In this document: positions 36,364-47,844 of the stretch, in pieces
Position numbering within the stretch: the stretch's first letter is position 1
How the letters are laid out: each line of letters opens with the position of its first letter
NCBI GenBank assembly: GCA_024346625.1
Contig: AP024668.1
Span: forward strand, 248,001-312,000
DNA length: 64,000 bases
Direction of reading: 5' to 3'
Source: Williopsis jadinii
Taxonomy: Eukaryota
Translations under genes and position numbers: made by a program
Notes under the pieces: model-generated
The model's database searches: none
What the model was told of the DNA's origin: nothing
Seen by the model: the letters and a program-made list of their open reading frames with translations, nothing else

Positions 36364-37665
36364 CTACACGATCCACCATGAGAGTGCGAGTAACAGAGTG
36401 CCTACGGACCCTGTAAGAGACACAGCGTTGTTGGAGGACGATGAAGAGCCTCCTGCGAATTGGACAAATCCCGTAGCTGCTGTTGTGGAGTCCGTGGTTT
36501 CAGTGGCTGCCACCGTTGTAGTAGACTCCTGCTGTTCTCCTGTTGATGTTGTCGAGCCTGAGGAAGCGGAGCGGGAAGAAGAAGACGACGAATGAGAGGA
36601 GGACGAGTGAGCGGACGAAGACGAGGAGGAGGACACTGCACACTCCTGGGAGTCTAGTCCAGAACTATCATCATCACAGATCTCCGTGCTGTTATTAGTG
36701 ATCATGACATACTCCTGTGTGAATTTATCGGTATTGTTGAACGTGTATGCAGAGGACCCGGTGATCAGAGTCCCAGCTGGCGGATCGTAACATTCTATCG
36801 AGGCGTTCAAGAGAGTCACGTAGTAATAACCGTAATCAACTATATCCTCGGAGTTCCAATCCACAACACCACCGGCCCATTCGATGGTACCTGTGGCATC
36901 GGAGTCACCTGCGGGCCATAGGGAGAATTGGACTCTTGATGGTGTCTGTGGGTATTTATAAACTTGCTCGGTTTCGTTCCAAGTATCCTCTTTTTTCAAA
37001 GTTCTGACGAGCTCACCATCGAGATACCAATCAAGTTGATCCTCCTTCCAGTCCACCTCGTACGTATGGTAGTATTCAAACGTGTCCGTGGCGTCGATAT
37101 CAACCACATTGGTGTAGTTCAGCTCACCTTGGAAGTAGAAGTTACTCTCGGCAGAGGTCAGGTTGTAACCGACAAATTCCCAATCAATCTCGTCCTGCGC
37201 ATTGGAAAACAATATGAACGCACTGACAACACCATCACCACGAGAGGTCTTGAAAGTTGCACCTACTTTTCCGTACCATATGAATCTTGTTGACGAAACA
37301 ACGGTACCGGACGTTTGATTCGGCATCGCAAGCAGATTAGCGCCATCGTAGTCCTCCAGATACCCTGTGTAAACCCAGTCAGTAGCGTTGGCATCACCAA
37401 AGTAATCGTCCACACTCATGATCGAACTGGCATCGTCAAAAGTTGTCTCAATATTCTGGCACACTGGCATAGCAGCACATGCATAGATATCGTAGGAGAA
37501 AGCCGGATGACATCCACCAAGACAGTATAGTGGACCGCTACCGCATTCACCATACTGGTTACAACATGGAGCGTCCTCGGGACAGGACTGTGTAGAATTA
37601 CACGTCTCGGCGGCACTCACAGTTGAGGCTAATAGACCGAGAAACAGCAGTGTACAAGGGATCAT
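36364..37665 (-). CDS. GH16 chitin transglycosylase (CRR1/UTR2 subfamily) with signal peptide, Cys-rich chitin-binding module, Ser/Thr stalk and GPI-like tail
   Basis: CPEDAPCCNQYGECG, catalytic DEIDWEF, YPQTPSRVQFSLW; near TUB4 like S. cerevisiae CRR1, but sequence is also UTR2-like. Confidence 0.9.
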   Translation of the reverse strand: MIPCTLLFLGLLASTVSAAETCNSTQSCPEDAPCCNQYGECGSGPLYCLGGCHPAFSYDIYACAAMPVCQNIETTFDDASSIMSVDDYFGDANATDWVYTGYLEDYDGANLLAMPNQTSGTVVSSTRFIWYGKVGATFKTSRGDGVVSAFILFSNAQDEIDWEFVGYNLTSAESNFYFQGELNYTNVVDIDATDTFEYYHTYEVDWKEDQLDWYLDGELVRTLKKEDTWNETEQVYKYPQTPSRVQFSLWPAGDSDATGTIEWAGGVVDWNSEDIVDYGYYYVTLLNASIECYDPPAGTLITGSSAYTFNNTDKFTQEYVMITNNSTEICDDDSSGLDSQECAVSSSSSSSAHSSSSHSSSSSSRSASSGSTTSTGEQQESTTTVAATETTDSTTAATGFVQFAGGSSSSSNNAVSLTGSVGTLLLALSWWIV

Positions 37666-38003
37666 CTTTATGTCTCGTACTACCACAGAGAACAACGACA
37701 CAGCGTAGAGAAAAGGTGATCGATGGCGGATCTTTTATAACCAGTTGCAAAAGTCAATCAAGCCAGGTTTTAAAGGTTGAATAAGCAGCTGGAAAGTTGA
37801 AATCTAACATCCGTCTAAAATCCGCACAGGGCAAACCGCATCGTGGATTTGTTTTCATTTGCAGTTTTAGGAAATTTTGAAAGGTTCGGGATCGCAAAGT
37901 TTATTTTTAGCTTAAGCTTTGAAACTTCACGCGGCTCGGTGATTCATTTGCAGGACGCAGTGTTGGGGTTGGGGTAATTTTACACGACAATGTATGTGTT
38001 CAG

Positions 38004-41000
38004 CTAATTATGTAAAAGTGCTTCCCACCACTTGCTCTTCTTCATGGGGAACAATGCAATCTCGTTAATGGTAGCGCCTCTCTGGCCTTGCTCGTCGATG
38101 GCATCTTCAACTTCAACAACGATGTACTTTACGGGTTTGTCGTTGATGATTTCGAAGGACGTTTCGTTGTTTGGTAATAACCTCACTTCTGCCCAATGCT
38201 CTGCGTTATAGGGCTCACTGATAGCAACTTCAAGTCTATCAACCAATTTGAAGAAGTCCTGGTGTCCGACGGTCGCGAGCATGTCTTCATATCTTGTTGT
38301 GAGGTCATACGATGCGTATATTGATAGGTACTTTGGCGGTCTATGTCCCCAAATCATAAGTCCACTCTGCACTATTTGCGGTTTACCCAAATCTATCAAC
38401 AATCTAGCTGGCTCCCTGTTGATTGGTTGCCAGTATGTGTAGTTATTACCGTCGATAGCGGATAGTGGCACTTCAGCTGGTGAGCCACAAGTCAAATTGG
38501 CAATTTGTTGGCATTCAGTGCACGACCCAGGTATGTTCAACGGAGGATTGTATATCGGTACAGTAAGCGTTGAGTGGGGTCTCAACGTATAGTTCCCCGA
38601 GCGTTCGTTTCTCTCGTTGACCTCCACCGTGATGGGTGAAAGACCACGACGGTGCTTGATAGTAGCAGTAAAATCTGTCAACGTTACATCCAACACTTGG
38701 CCCATATATTTGAACCCGTTTAAGACGACACCGCCTGGTAATGCAAGAGGCCTCACAGGGTCGAACGCCAAATACCGCTCAATTTGGTTCGAAGCAGGGT
38801 CAACACGGGCACTATATTTGAGCCCTAGGATGCCGTGTACAATGGCCTGTAAAAAGCCACCATGTGCTGTAAGGAATGGGAATGCAGGATGAGTACCACC
38901 GTTAGTCAAGACGTTATCATCGGCTTGTTCGCTGAATTGGGCAAATGGAAGCCTAACATATGGTAAGACAGATTTCTGAAGGTAACTCTGAGATGAACAT
39001 CCATAACTTATCAACCTTCTAGAAGCCATAGAAAATACTGGGAAAGTCATGGCAGGTCCCATGTCAACCTGTTTCAAAGAATAGTATAGCATGTTATCTA
39101 TGGATTCTTGTCTATGAGATTCCACCTTGTAATTCAAGGGCACAGTCAACATAACAACGTCAGCCTGCTTGATACGAACTGAAGAATTCATGCCAGAGTA
39201 CTCCAAAACTATACCTGATTCTGATTTCGGAATGTATATGTGTGCATGAACCTTTTCCCATCTGGGATTCTTTTCAACTCCAAGGTGATCCGCAACTGTT
39301 ATCGTCAAGTTTAAGAGTCTATCAATGCCTGCATTTGTGAAGGCACCATTATCTATATGGTTGGCGTACTCATCAGGATCTGTCAAGTTACTCGTTGTGT
39401 ATAGCCCTAGCTCAGGGTCAAACTTTGTATACTGAGTTAAGAAATCTGCAGCGTCCCTTAACAATGGCCATGTAGTAAATCTCAAATATTCTTCATCCTC
39501 ACCTGCCAAGTACAAGAGATATGAACTCAAGGCAACATCAACGTTTATGTGGTATTCGTAGTCGACACATGGACCAGCAGACGTACAGTTACCAAATCTC
39601 CCAGATGTCCAAGGATAGGCAGCTCCTTCATATCCGTACTGTTGAGCATTGAGTACTGCCTGCGGGTGCGTATAGTTTCGATAGTTGCTTACTGCTTTGG
39701 CAACATCAGGTGCAAATGGGACGATACCTGGAATGATCCAAAGATCAGTATCCCAAAACACCATTCCGCCGTAACTGTCACTGGATAATCCAGCCGTGCC
39801 CAACGCAGATGATAATCCTCTTGAGTTCACGTTGGTGTTAGATATGAGGTGGAACAAACTTGCCTGCGCTGCCACTGTAAGCATGGAGTCTGAAGGGAAG
39901 AAAATATTGGTTTCTTCAAAATATTGCTCCCATTCCTCTTTGTGCATTTGCAAAAGTGTATCTCTGCCCAATATATGTGCGTATTCCACCGTGATCTTTG
40001 CATGTTCCAACTCTGTTCTATCAAGCTTCTCATGGAACTCCGTTGAAACAACACCAACGTATTTGTTAACCAATGCCACTTCGTGGGGGAATAATTCAAC
40101 TGTACCTTCGTTAACAACTCTTGTCCTGTTCAAGACATATTTATGAGAGCCTTCGACATCCCAAGATGAAAATACCGCAGCTTTTGAAGTTGGAACGTTC
40201 TCAGGCTGTACCACCATGTATATTCCTTCGTCATCGGCACCTAGATCCTTCAACCATGATCTTTGACTTGTTTGGAAATCTAGAGAATCTCTCAAAGTCA
40301 CGTTCATAGGACTGTTTATTGGTCGTATCGACATCCCCATCACTGCCAATGTTTCCACCTTCTTGTGGACAAACACTTCAATGTCAATCTCCAATTTGTT
40401 CAACCAAGTCAATGAAGTGTGCACCACTCCATTATGCAAAGACATGTTCTGGTTATAGCCTGTGATGTCCATCGGGTCAACGCCTTGCGGGTTAAAGACA
40501 TGCTCACCAGTCTCGTCCTCGAATATCACATCCAACTGTGCCCAGTAAGGGATTGATGCCATGACGCTATCGTATCCCTGCGAATATAGCTCTGGGAAAT
40601 TCGTGGCGGGAAGTGTCTCTTGTAATGAGTAAAATCCTGCAACGAATGCCCCTGTGTACCTCTTGTTGAACAAAGGCCATCCATTAACCAATGGATCGTG
40701 TGTTTCGTTATCATTCGAGTGTAAGTTCAACTCATCGTATGTGAATCCGTGGCCCAATGTTGATAATCTCGCGCCGATGTAACCGTTTGACACATAAGGT
40801 TGCTTTGAGTACACGTTCTTGATGTACTCCAAGCTTCCAAGCACGTTCTCCTCCGAGTCATAGAACGAGTTCGACGCGTCCGCCACGAGCTCAAACATCT
40901 TCTCTGACCGGCGGCACAGTTCCCTCATCTGCTTGAACCTATGGATGTCATGCTTAATAACATGCGCAGTGTGTCGAACTTTGCACATCACCTTGTGCTC

Positions 41001-41138
41001 TATGCCTGCGGTCGTGCTCCAAAGGAGCGCTAAGGGCACAACCATGAAGATCGTGAGGAGCATTACTACGCTCCTGAGATTGGAGTGGGACCCTCCATTG
41101 TTGATGCTTCCAGGCTCGTCCTTTCTAGCAACCGCCAT
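38004..41138 (-). CDS. ATH1: Acid trehalase (GH65) with N-terminal membrane anchor
   Basis: QPYVSNGYIG, SSDSYGGMVFWDTD, DPDEYAN, IKQADV, PAFPFLTAHGG. Confidence 0.95.
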   Translation of the reverse strand: MAVARKDEPGSINNGGSHSNLRSVVMLLTIFMVVPLALLWSTTAGIEHKVMCKVRHTAHVIKHDIHRFKQMRELCRRSEKMFELVADASNSFYDSEENVLGSLEYIKNVYSKQPYVSNGYIGARLSTLGHGFTYDELNLHSNDNETHDPLVNGWPLFNKRYTGAFVAGFYSLQETLPATNFPELYSQGYDSVMASIPYWAQLDVIFEDETGEHVFNPQGVDPMDITGYNQNMSLHNGVVHTSLTWLNKLEIDIEVFVHKKVETLAVMGMSIRPINSPMNVTLRDSLDFQTSQRSWLKDLGADDEGIYMVVQPENVPTSKAAVFSSWDVEGSHKYVLNRTRVVNEGTVELFPHEVALVNKYVGVVSTEFHEKLDRTELEHAKITVEYAHILGRDTLLQMHKEEWEQYFEETNIFFPSDSMLTVAAQASLFHLISNTNVNSRGLSSALGTAGLSSDSYGGMVFWDTDLWIIPGIVPFAPDVAKAVSNYRNYTHPQAVLNAQQYGYEGAAYPWTSGRFGNCTSAGPCVDYEYHINVDVALSSYLLYLAGEDEEYLRFTTWPLLRDAADFLTQYTKFDPELGLYTTSNLTDPDEYANHIDNGAFTNAGIDRLLNLTITVADHLGVEKNPRWEKVHAHIYIPKSESGIVLEYSGMNSSVRIKQADVVMLTVPLNYKVESHRQESIDNMLYYSLKQVDMGPAMTFPVFSMASRRLISYGCSSQSYLQKSVLPYVRLPFAQFSEQADDNVLTNGGTHPAFPFLTAHGGFLQAIVHGILGLKYSARVDPASNQIERYLAFDPVRPLALPGGVVLNGFKYMGQVLDVTLTDFTATIKHRRGLSPITVEVNERNERSGNYTLRPHSTLTVPIYNPPLNIPGSCTECQQIANLTCGSPAEVPLSAIDGNNYTYWQPINREPARLLIDLGKPQIVQSGLMIWGHRPPKYLSIYASYDLTTRYEDMLATVGHQDFFKLVDRLEVAISEPYNAEHWAEVRLLPNNETSFEIINDKPVKYIVVEVEDAIDEQGQRGATINEIALFPMKKSKWWEALLHN

Positions 41139-41850
41139 CTCGTCTTTGTGTCCAAACAGATTAACTCAGACGTATATAATGCAAGTGTAAACACGCAGAT
41201 GAACTAATGAACAGTGATACCAATTGTGTCTTCAGCAGCCAGTGTAATACGCGCTCGATGGTGTCATCATACAGTGGCTGTAATGGCCTTGATACAGAGC
41301 GGACAGTACGGAGAACCAGTCACCAGGTAGCCACCCCATGTTACCCACCAACCAATGTAATGGAAATGAAACAACGTCACTTGCTCATCGTAGTGTGCCC
41401 CTATCGATGGAAGGGTGTCCCTAACGACGGAAAAGCTATTACATAAGCCAGACAGCCCGCCCTCTCCCCTTACCCTACCTCTTGCCCTCTGGACCAATGA
41501 AAAGCCTCCACAAAAAAATGGGTGCCGGTTTCGCGACTTTTCTGTTTTTCCCCGTTTGATTTGTCGCTGTCCTTTGCGCGGTGTCGAGGGCCTCGTTCAG
41601 CGGTGGCTTTTGCGCTCGCTTTTGCGCCCGGCCAATAATTTCCCTTCCCTTTCTTCCACGCCGCCAGTGCAAAATCGCGAAAAACCGATCCCTTTTTCTC
41701 CCTCATCCACCCAACGTCGCCAAAAAGGGAGTGCGAAGGGGGAGCGAGAGGGAAACAAAAAAAATCAAAACCTCCAACATCTTTTTTCTCTCTTTTCTTC
41801 CCATTCGATTCTTAACTGAATTTTATCAAGAAAGGAATTCAATTTTAACA

Positions 41851-44414
41851 ATGCTTTCCCGCTCTGCTATTAGAACAGCTGCAAGATCTGTTGTTGCTAC
41901 CAACGCTGCTCGTGCTCTCAACCGTGTGGTGAGTATATCCGTGTCTTTAATTGTATGGGGGTGTTGAGGATTTCGACGTCCAAGGGGTCGAGGGAAGTTT
42001 GGGGTGTACACAATTCAACAACAACAGAAAAACAAACCTTTCGGCAGGGCGGCTCGTGATTGAGCTCATGGTAACCTAACCGCCACGGTTGCAATCAATT
42101 GGCACGCCAGTGGAATCACAATCGATTGTTGTTGAGCCCAGCGGTTGGGGGTTAGCCGCCCAGATTGTTTTTGTGTGTTTTTCTCCGTCTCGATCGCTTG
42201 TTTTTTAGGGGTGTCAACGAGGGCGGGAGAAAATCACAGCGAAACAATGCGGTGCGTTTTCATTGGACCAGAAATCCTCTACGTAACTGAAGCAGTTATT
42301 TGAGCTTGACGTGTGGTACTAACACAATTGAATAGGCTCGTCCAGCCATGATGGTTGCCGGCCGTCGTTTCGCCTCTGCTAAGGCTCAACCAACTGAGGT
42401 TTCCTCCATCTTGGAGAGCAGAATCAGAGGTGTCTCTGAGGAGGCTAACTTGGATGAGACCGGAAGAGTCTTGTCTGTTGGGTAAGTTGAATCGTTTTCT
42501 TGTCTTGGTCTCGGTTTGTCTTGTTTTCCAGTGTCTTGTTCTGGTCAATTCAACAGTGGGGGAGAAAAACAGGTGTAGATCTAGGACCGTGGTGCCTCAA
42601 TTGATTGAGCAATCACTCTTAGCTGATCATCTCCGATGTGTGAGATCTCTACAATTCACTCTCAATTGACTACAATTGAAGTGGCTTTTCTACGAAATTG
42701 CGCTCTGTTTTTGTATGAAATGTCCCTTACAATTTGTATGGTTGGATGTCGTTGTGTGTTTTTCCCGCTCCCCGGTGACCGTTTTTTTGCCCCTTTTGAG
42801 TATTTTTCAAATTTTCGTCGATCGAAGGTTTTTTTTCTCGCTCGGCCAATTAAATTTCAGCACGGAAAAAGGCTGTCGGGGTGGGACATAAAAAACACGC
42901 ACACAGAAAACAAGAATTGATCACAAGAATTGGAAACAGGGATCGAAGACAGAGTTGTATTTAATGACTTTATACTAACTATAGTCTATAGTGATGGTAT
43001 TGCTCGTGTCTACGGTTTGAACAACTGTCAAGCTGAAGAGTTGGTTGAGTTCTCCTCCGGTGTTAAGGGTATGGCTCTTAACTTGGAGCCAGGTCAAGTT
43101 GGTATCGTCTTGTTCGGTTCCGACAGATTGGTCAAGGAGGGGTCCACCGTCAAGAGAACTGGTAAGATTGTTGATGTTCCAGTTGGTCCAGAGATGTTGG
43201 GTCGTGTTGTTGACGCTTTGGGTAACCCAATCGATGGTAAGGGTCCAATCAAGGCTGAGAAGCACTCCAGAGCTCAAGTTAAGGCTCCAGGTATTCTTCC
43301 AAGAAGATCTGTCCACGAGCCAGTTCAAACTGGTTTGAAGTCTGTCGATGCCCTTGTCCCAATTGGTAGAGGTCAAAGAGAGTTGATTATCGGTGACAGA
43401 CAAACCGGTAAGACTGCCGTTGCTATTGACACCATCTTGAACCAAAAGAGATGGAACAACGGTACTGACGAGTCCAAGAAGTTGTACTGTGTCTACGTTG
43501 CTGTTGGTCAAAAGAGATCCACCGTTGCTCAATTGGTTCAAACCTTGGAGGAGCACGATGCCTTGAAGTACTCTGTTATTGTTGCTGCCACTGCTTCTGA
43601 GGCTGCTCCATTGCAATACTTGGCTCCTTTCACTGCTTCCGCTATTGGTGAGTGGTTCCGTGACAACGGTAAGCACGCTTTGATCATCTTTGATGATTTG
43701 TCCAAGCAAGCTGTTGCCTACCGTCAATTGTCTTTGTTGTTGAGACGTCCACCAGGTCGTGAGGCTTACCCAGGTGATGTTTTCTACTTGCACTCCAGAT
43801 TGCTTGAGAGAGCTGCTAAGATGAACGACACCCTCGGTGGTGGTTCCTTGACCGCTTTGCCAGTCATTGAGACCCAAGGTGGTGATGTCTCTGCTTATAT
43901 TCCAACCAACGTTATTTCCATTACCGATGGTCAAATCTTCTTGGAGGCTGAATTGTTCTACAAGGGTATCAGACCAGCTATCAACGTCGGTTTGTCCGTC
44001 TCCCGTGTCGGTTCCGCTGCTCAAGTTAAGGCCATGAAGCAAGTTGCTGGTTCCTTGAAGTTGTTCTTGGCCCAATACAGAGAAGTTGCTGCTTTCGCCC
44101 AATTCGGTTCTGATTTGGATGCTTCCACCAAGCAAACCTTGGCTAGAGGTGAGCGTTTGACTCAATTGTTGAAGCAAAAGCAATACCACCCATTGGCTGC
44201 TGAGGAGCAAGTCCCATTGATTTTCGCTGGTGTCAACGGTTTCTTGGATAGCATTCCATTGGAGAAGATTGAGGAGTTTGAGACTGCTTTCTTGTCCTCC
44301 TTGAAGGCCAACAACGCCGACATCTTGGATGCCATCAGAGAGAAGGGTCAATTGTCCGACGACTTGTTGGCTAAGTTGAGAACTGCTACTGAGCAATTTG
44401 CTGCCACTTTCTAA
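41851..44414 (+). CDS. ATP1: Mitochondrial F1 ATP synthase alpha; exons 41851-41928, 42336-42481, 42992-44414
   Basis: Presequence [12 protein letters not shown], then [28 protein letters not shown]; Walker A GDRQTGKT; strong codon bias. Confidence 0.98.
41929..42335 (+). other. ATP1 intron 1 (407 nt)
   Basis: GTGAGT...TACTAAC(42317)...TAG; in-frame join. Confidence 0.92.
42482..42991 (+). other. ATP1 intron 2 (510 nt)
   Basis: GTAAGT...TACTAAC(42973)...TAG(42991); restores the conserved SVGDGIAR. Confidence 0.95.
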
Positions 44415-44736
44415 GAATGCTTTTTCCACATAAACAACAACGAAAAATCAAAAATCTTGGAGAGATCAGTAAATATTCCCATTCAACATTCATAAAGTAG
44501 AGATTTTTTATACTTTACCATTCTTGACGTTATTATGAAAGGGCCTTGTATATGGAGGTGCTAAAAATTACAATAAAACTAAAATATGTTATGAGTCTTC
44601 ACTTGTAGTTGATGATGTTGTTATAGCTGGTTTTGTATGGTGGTTGTTTCCCTGGCGATCGCGGAGGAACTTTTCAAGCAAAACTGTAGATTCTCATAGC
44701 ATTGGCTCATAAAAGCTGGCACAGTGTACGAGCAAA

Positions 44737-45788
44737 ATGGCCTCTCATGGTGTTTCATTCGATGATCTCTATCGTAGATCAACACAGTATCGATTGTGGT
44801 CCTACACAAGGGAACAACTTGCCCAGCAAAGGAGAGAGGTTAACGAAAAGGGATGTCGTAAAGTCGATGAACGACTAACATCAACGCCGGAGGTTAGTGC
44901 CTCGTCCATTGAGAAGGTTACAATGGACGAGGAGATTGCTCTGATATCGTTCCATGCAAGAAGCATTGCCAAGTTGGCAAAGTTCTTCAATATGCCGTCA
45001 CAGGTACGGGTAAGTTGTGTTTCACCTCTTTTGCATTCTCTGCTGAAGCGTTCACTAACAGTAATTTGTCCAACTAGGCCACCGGTATTTCCTTCTTTAG
45101 GAAGTTCTACCTGGTTAACAGTGTGATGGAGTACCATCCGAAGCTCATCCTCCTGACTTGTCTCTTCCTTGCTGCCAAGTCAGAGAACTTCTTCATCAGT
45201 ATCAACTCGTTCTCAAAGAGAATCCCAAAGACAACTCCAGAATCAATCTTGGGGTTGGAGTTTGAGATCTTACAGTCTCTAAAGTTCACGCTCATGGCCC
45301 ACCATCCGTTCAGACCACTGTATGGGTTCTTCTACGATATCCAGAACGTTCTGGGACCTGAGGTGTCTACAAAGGAGCTCGGCTCTGTATACGACGCTGC
45401 AAGAAACCTCATCAACGAGGCACTTATATCTGACGCCATTTACCATTTCACTCCACCTCAGATTGCCCTGGCATGCTTTAAAACAGTTAACGAAGAGCTG
45501 ACGATGAAGTATTTAAGCAAGAAGTTTACCAATGTGAAGGTGGAAGACGATGTTCCAAAGTCCACTGATTACGATACGTTGGTGAGCGTCATAACAGAAT
45601 GCCAACAAGTTATAAAGGACACTCCCAATCCTACTAAGGACCAAGCCGTGATGATTGATAAAAAGGTCCAATTCTGTGTTAATCCTTCTCTTGTACTCAA
45701 GAGGAAAAGAGATACAAACGAGCCGGACGACGCCAACAAGCGTCCACGTGTGGGTGCTGTGGAAGGAGGAGCCTCGACGTCTCCATAG
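44737..45788 (+). CDS. CCL1: TFIIK cyclin (cyclin H); exons 44737-45009, 45078-45788 (68-nt intron GTAAGT..CACTAAC..TAG)
   Basis: DDLYRRSTQYRLWSY, VR|ATGISFFRKFYLVNSVMEYHPK, FLAAKSENF, HHPFRPLYGF. Confidence 0.93.
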
Positions 45789-46439
45789 AGTAAAATAATG
45801 AATTCAATGCAGTGTGTACGAGTCATCATTCCTATGTATTTTCTTTAGAAAGCACTCGAGGCCCTTCTTGTCAACTATATAGCCAAGGAAGTTGATATGT
45901 TCGAATTTGAACATACTTCAAAATTACACCTTATGGTTCAAGGCCAATGAGGATCCTCAAGAGATGAAGTGCAGGTATTATTACACTCCAAGGTTCCTTT
46001 AAATGGATGTTATGGTGTCATTGCATGTGTCTTCAAACGTGTGCTTGTCGATAGTCTTCGATTAGATTCGCTATGGTTGTAGGCCATTTAATCGTGTGTA
46101 ACATTCTGTATCCTCGTCAGTTGAATCAAGGTTATCCAATGACCAATACTTCTGGAAACACAGAGATTCAGGTTCCTTTGAATGAGAGTAACCGTTGGAT
46201 AGTAATAAAAGATGTAAATCTTATTGGGATTCTCATTGCTTCTTAAGTCAACATCATAAATATCTTCAAGGTCAAACTGATTTGAACAATGATAATTGAA
46301 AATGATAACTTCTGTAGGTCCTGGTACTTTGTCACACCTTAGAAGATGATATGACAGACCATCTTGGGTGATTGAAAGACCCGATTGTGAGATTGTAGTT
46401 CTTCTTGACGTTGCTATAATGTAATCACCATTTGAAGCA

Positions 46440-47635
46440 TCCATTATCATTTCTAGTGGTGAGTAAAATGAGCCAGGGGATATACTGTCCTATAGTTTGT
46501 GCTCCTTGAGGTATCCATGATGAATGTTTGGTTTGATCAGAGGCCAGATTTAATGGTCAACATCTTCAGACTCGTGCACATTTGACAGTGTGAACCTTTG
46601 AAGGGCTACTGGCTTCAAATTGGGCCGCCACTTCGCTTCAAGTAAGGCTGACTTACACCAGACAGATATAAGTCCATCATCAACCAAGGTTCTCCAATAT
46701 TCCATAGGCTTTTGCTGTCCTTAATACTCAAGGGCATACTCTATAACCCCTTCCACAGTTCTGAAATGATGGTTTTACGGCACCTCTAATGAAAGGCTCT
46801 TTACAATGCGAGAACTCTTCATGGAAGCGAACCATATCACGATTCAATTGGCCAAGGGGAATATAGATCACAAGGGATGAATGCTAGTTATTTATCAAAC
46901 AAGGACCACCATTTGTCATTAGATGTCCTAATTCATCCACACTGGCATCACATTGAAATACATGAAAAAGTACATTTCCTGTCAAGTATTGAAGTGAAGG
47001 GTACCTGGCATCGTGATGCAATGACTTTCCATCCAAGTTGATAGATGGTTCAGTCAACTTTTCATGTGTATTGCGATTCAATGTGGGGAATCCTGATAAT
47101 GATGCAGTTGACAATATCAAGAGCTTCAGATTCAGCAGAGAACCGGTAACGGTATTCCAACACTGTCTTATTCTCAATGAAAAATGGACAACACTGGTAT
47201 GTGTGAGAGGCACTCCTTATCACTGATCAATCTTGCCGTCCAAGACACCATCGCAAGGCAACACTTCTATGTGCCTGAGAAATCTAGCACATGGGACTTA
47301 CCATTCTTGATTCTCGTAAAGTTTCTACCAAACAGGGAAGTTGAGCTCAGCGACTCCACAACAGTCCGTCCTGTGAAGTTAGCCAATGGTTTCAAGAGCC
47401 TACACCTTCTCTTCATACAGCATAACTGGTCTGTAAGACATCTTCTCATGGGCCCTCGTGAGTTTTCAAAGCATTGGCATCATAGAGATGACTTCTTGAG
47501 AAACATAAGAAGCCACTAAGTAACAACATTGACTGGACCTTCTAATGTGATCTCTCGCTTGTTTCAACCAATGAGAGCGGTCCCTAAGCACCAAGCACGG
47601 GTTAAACCAGCAGAGAAAGCCCTTGTTCAGCAATG
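46440..47635 (+). pseudogene. BNA4: Heavily decayed kynurenine 3-monooxygenase remnant; boundaries approximate
   Basis: Ordered fragments NVWFDQRPD, SVNL*RATG, FYGTSNE, HIEIH, TWHR, IDGS, LVCVRGTPY, HFY..ILVKFL resemble Bna4 NVTLYDFRQD, SINLAISARG, LYGLHGE, YIELY, IWPR, SDGS, LVCVNCKPY, PFY..ILMALL; same strand and position as ATP1-BNA4-BRN1 in S. cerevisiae. Confidence 0.55.
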
Positions 47636-47844
47636 ATTCAATGTGTTAATAGACACCTCTCTTCATGGTTACCGGAGTTACTATGCGAAAAAAACCAACA
47701 CGGTTTGCGCCACATTTGGTTGCTGGAGCACAAAGCACACACACAAAAAATGGTAAACAAACCACAAACTTCCATCAACACTAAACAAAGAGCAAAAGGA
47801 CCACTCAGAGAAGCAATCAAAAGAACAATCAGAGGGACTCAGCC

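Noticed and set aside
41276..41287. GGCTGTAATGGC, resembling the 5' end of fungal SRP RNA
   Set aside because: No helix-8 CAGG..GNRA..AGCAG motif or long rod pairing found downstream; lies in the ATH1/ATP1 promoter. An Infernal scan would settle it.
42975..44429. 484-aa antisense ORF over ATP1
   Set aside because: Codon-aligned shadow of a highly biased gene that avoids TTA/CTA/TCA; no protein-like features.
45850..46450. 120-aa minus-strand ORF (46088-46450) and coding-like sequence downstream of CCL1
   Set aside because: No recognisable family; may be another relic, but I cannot support it.
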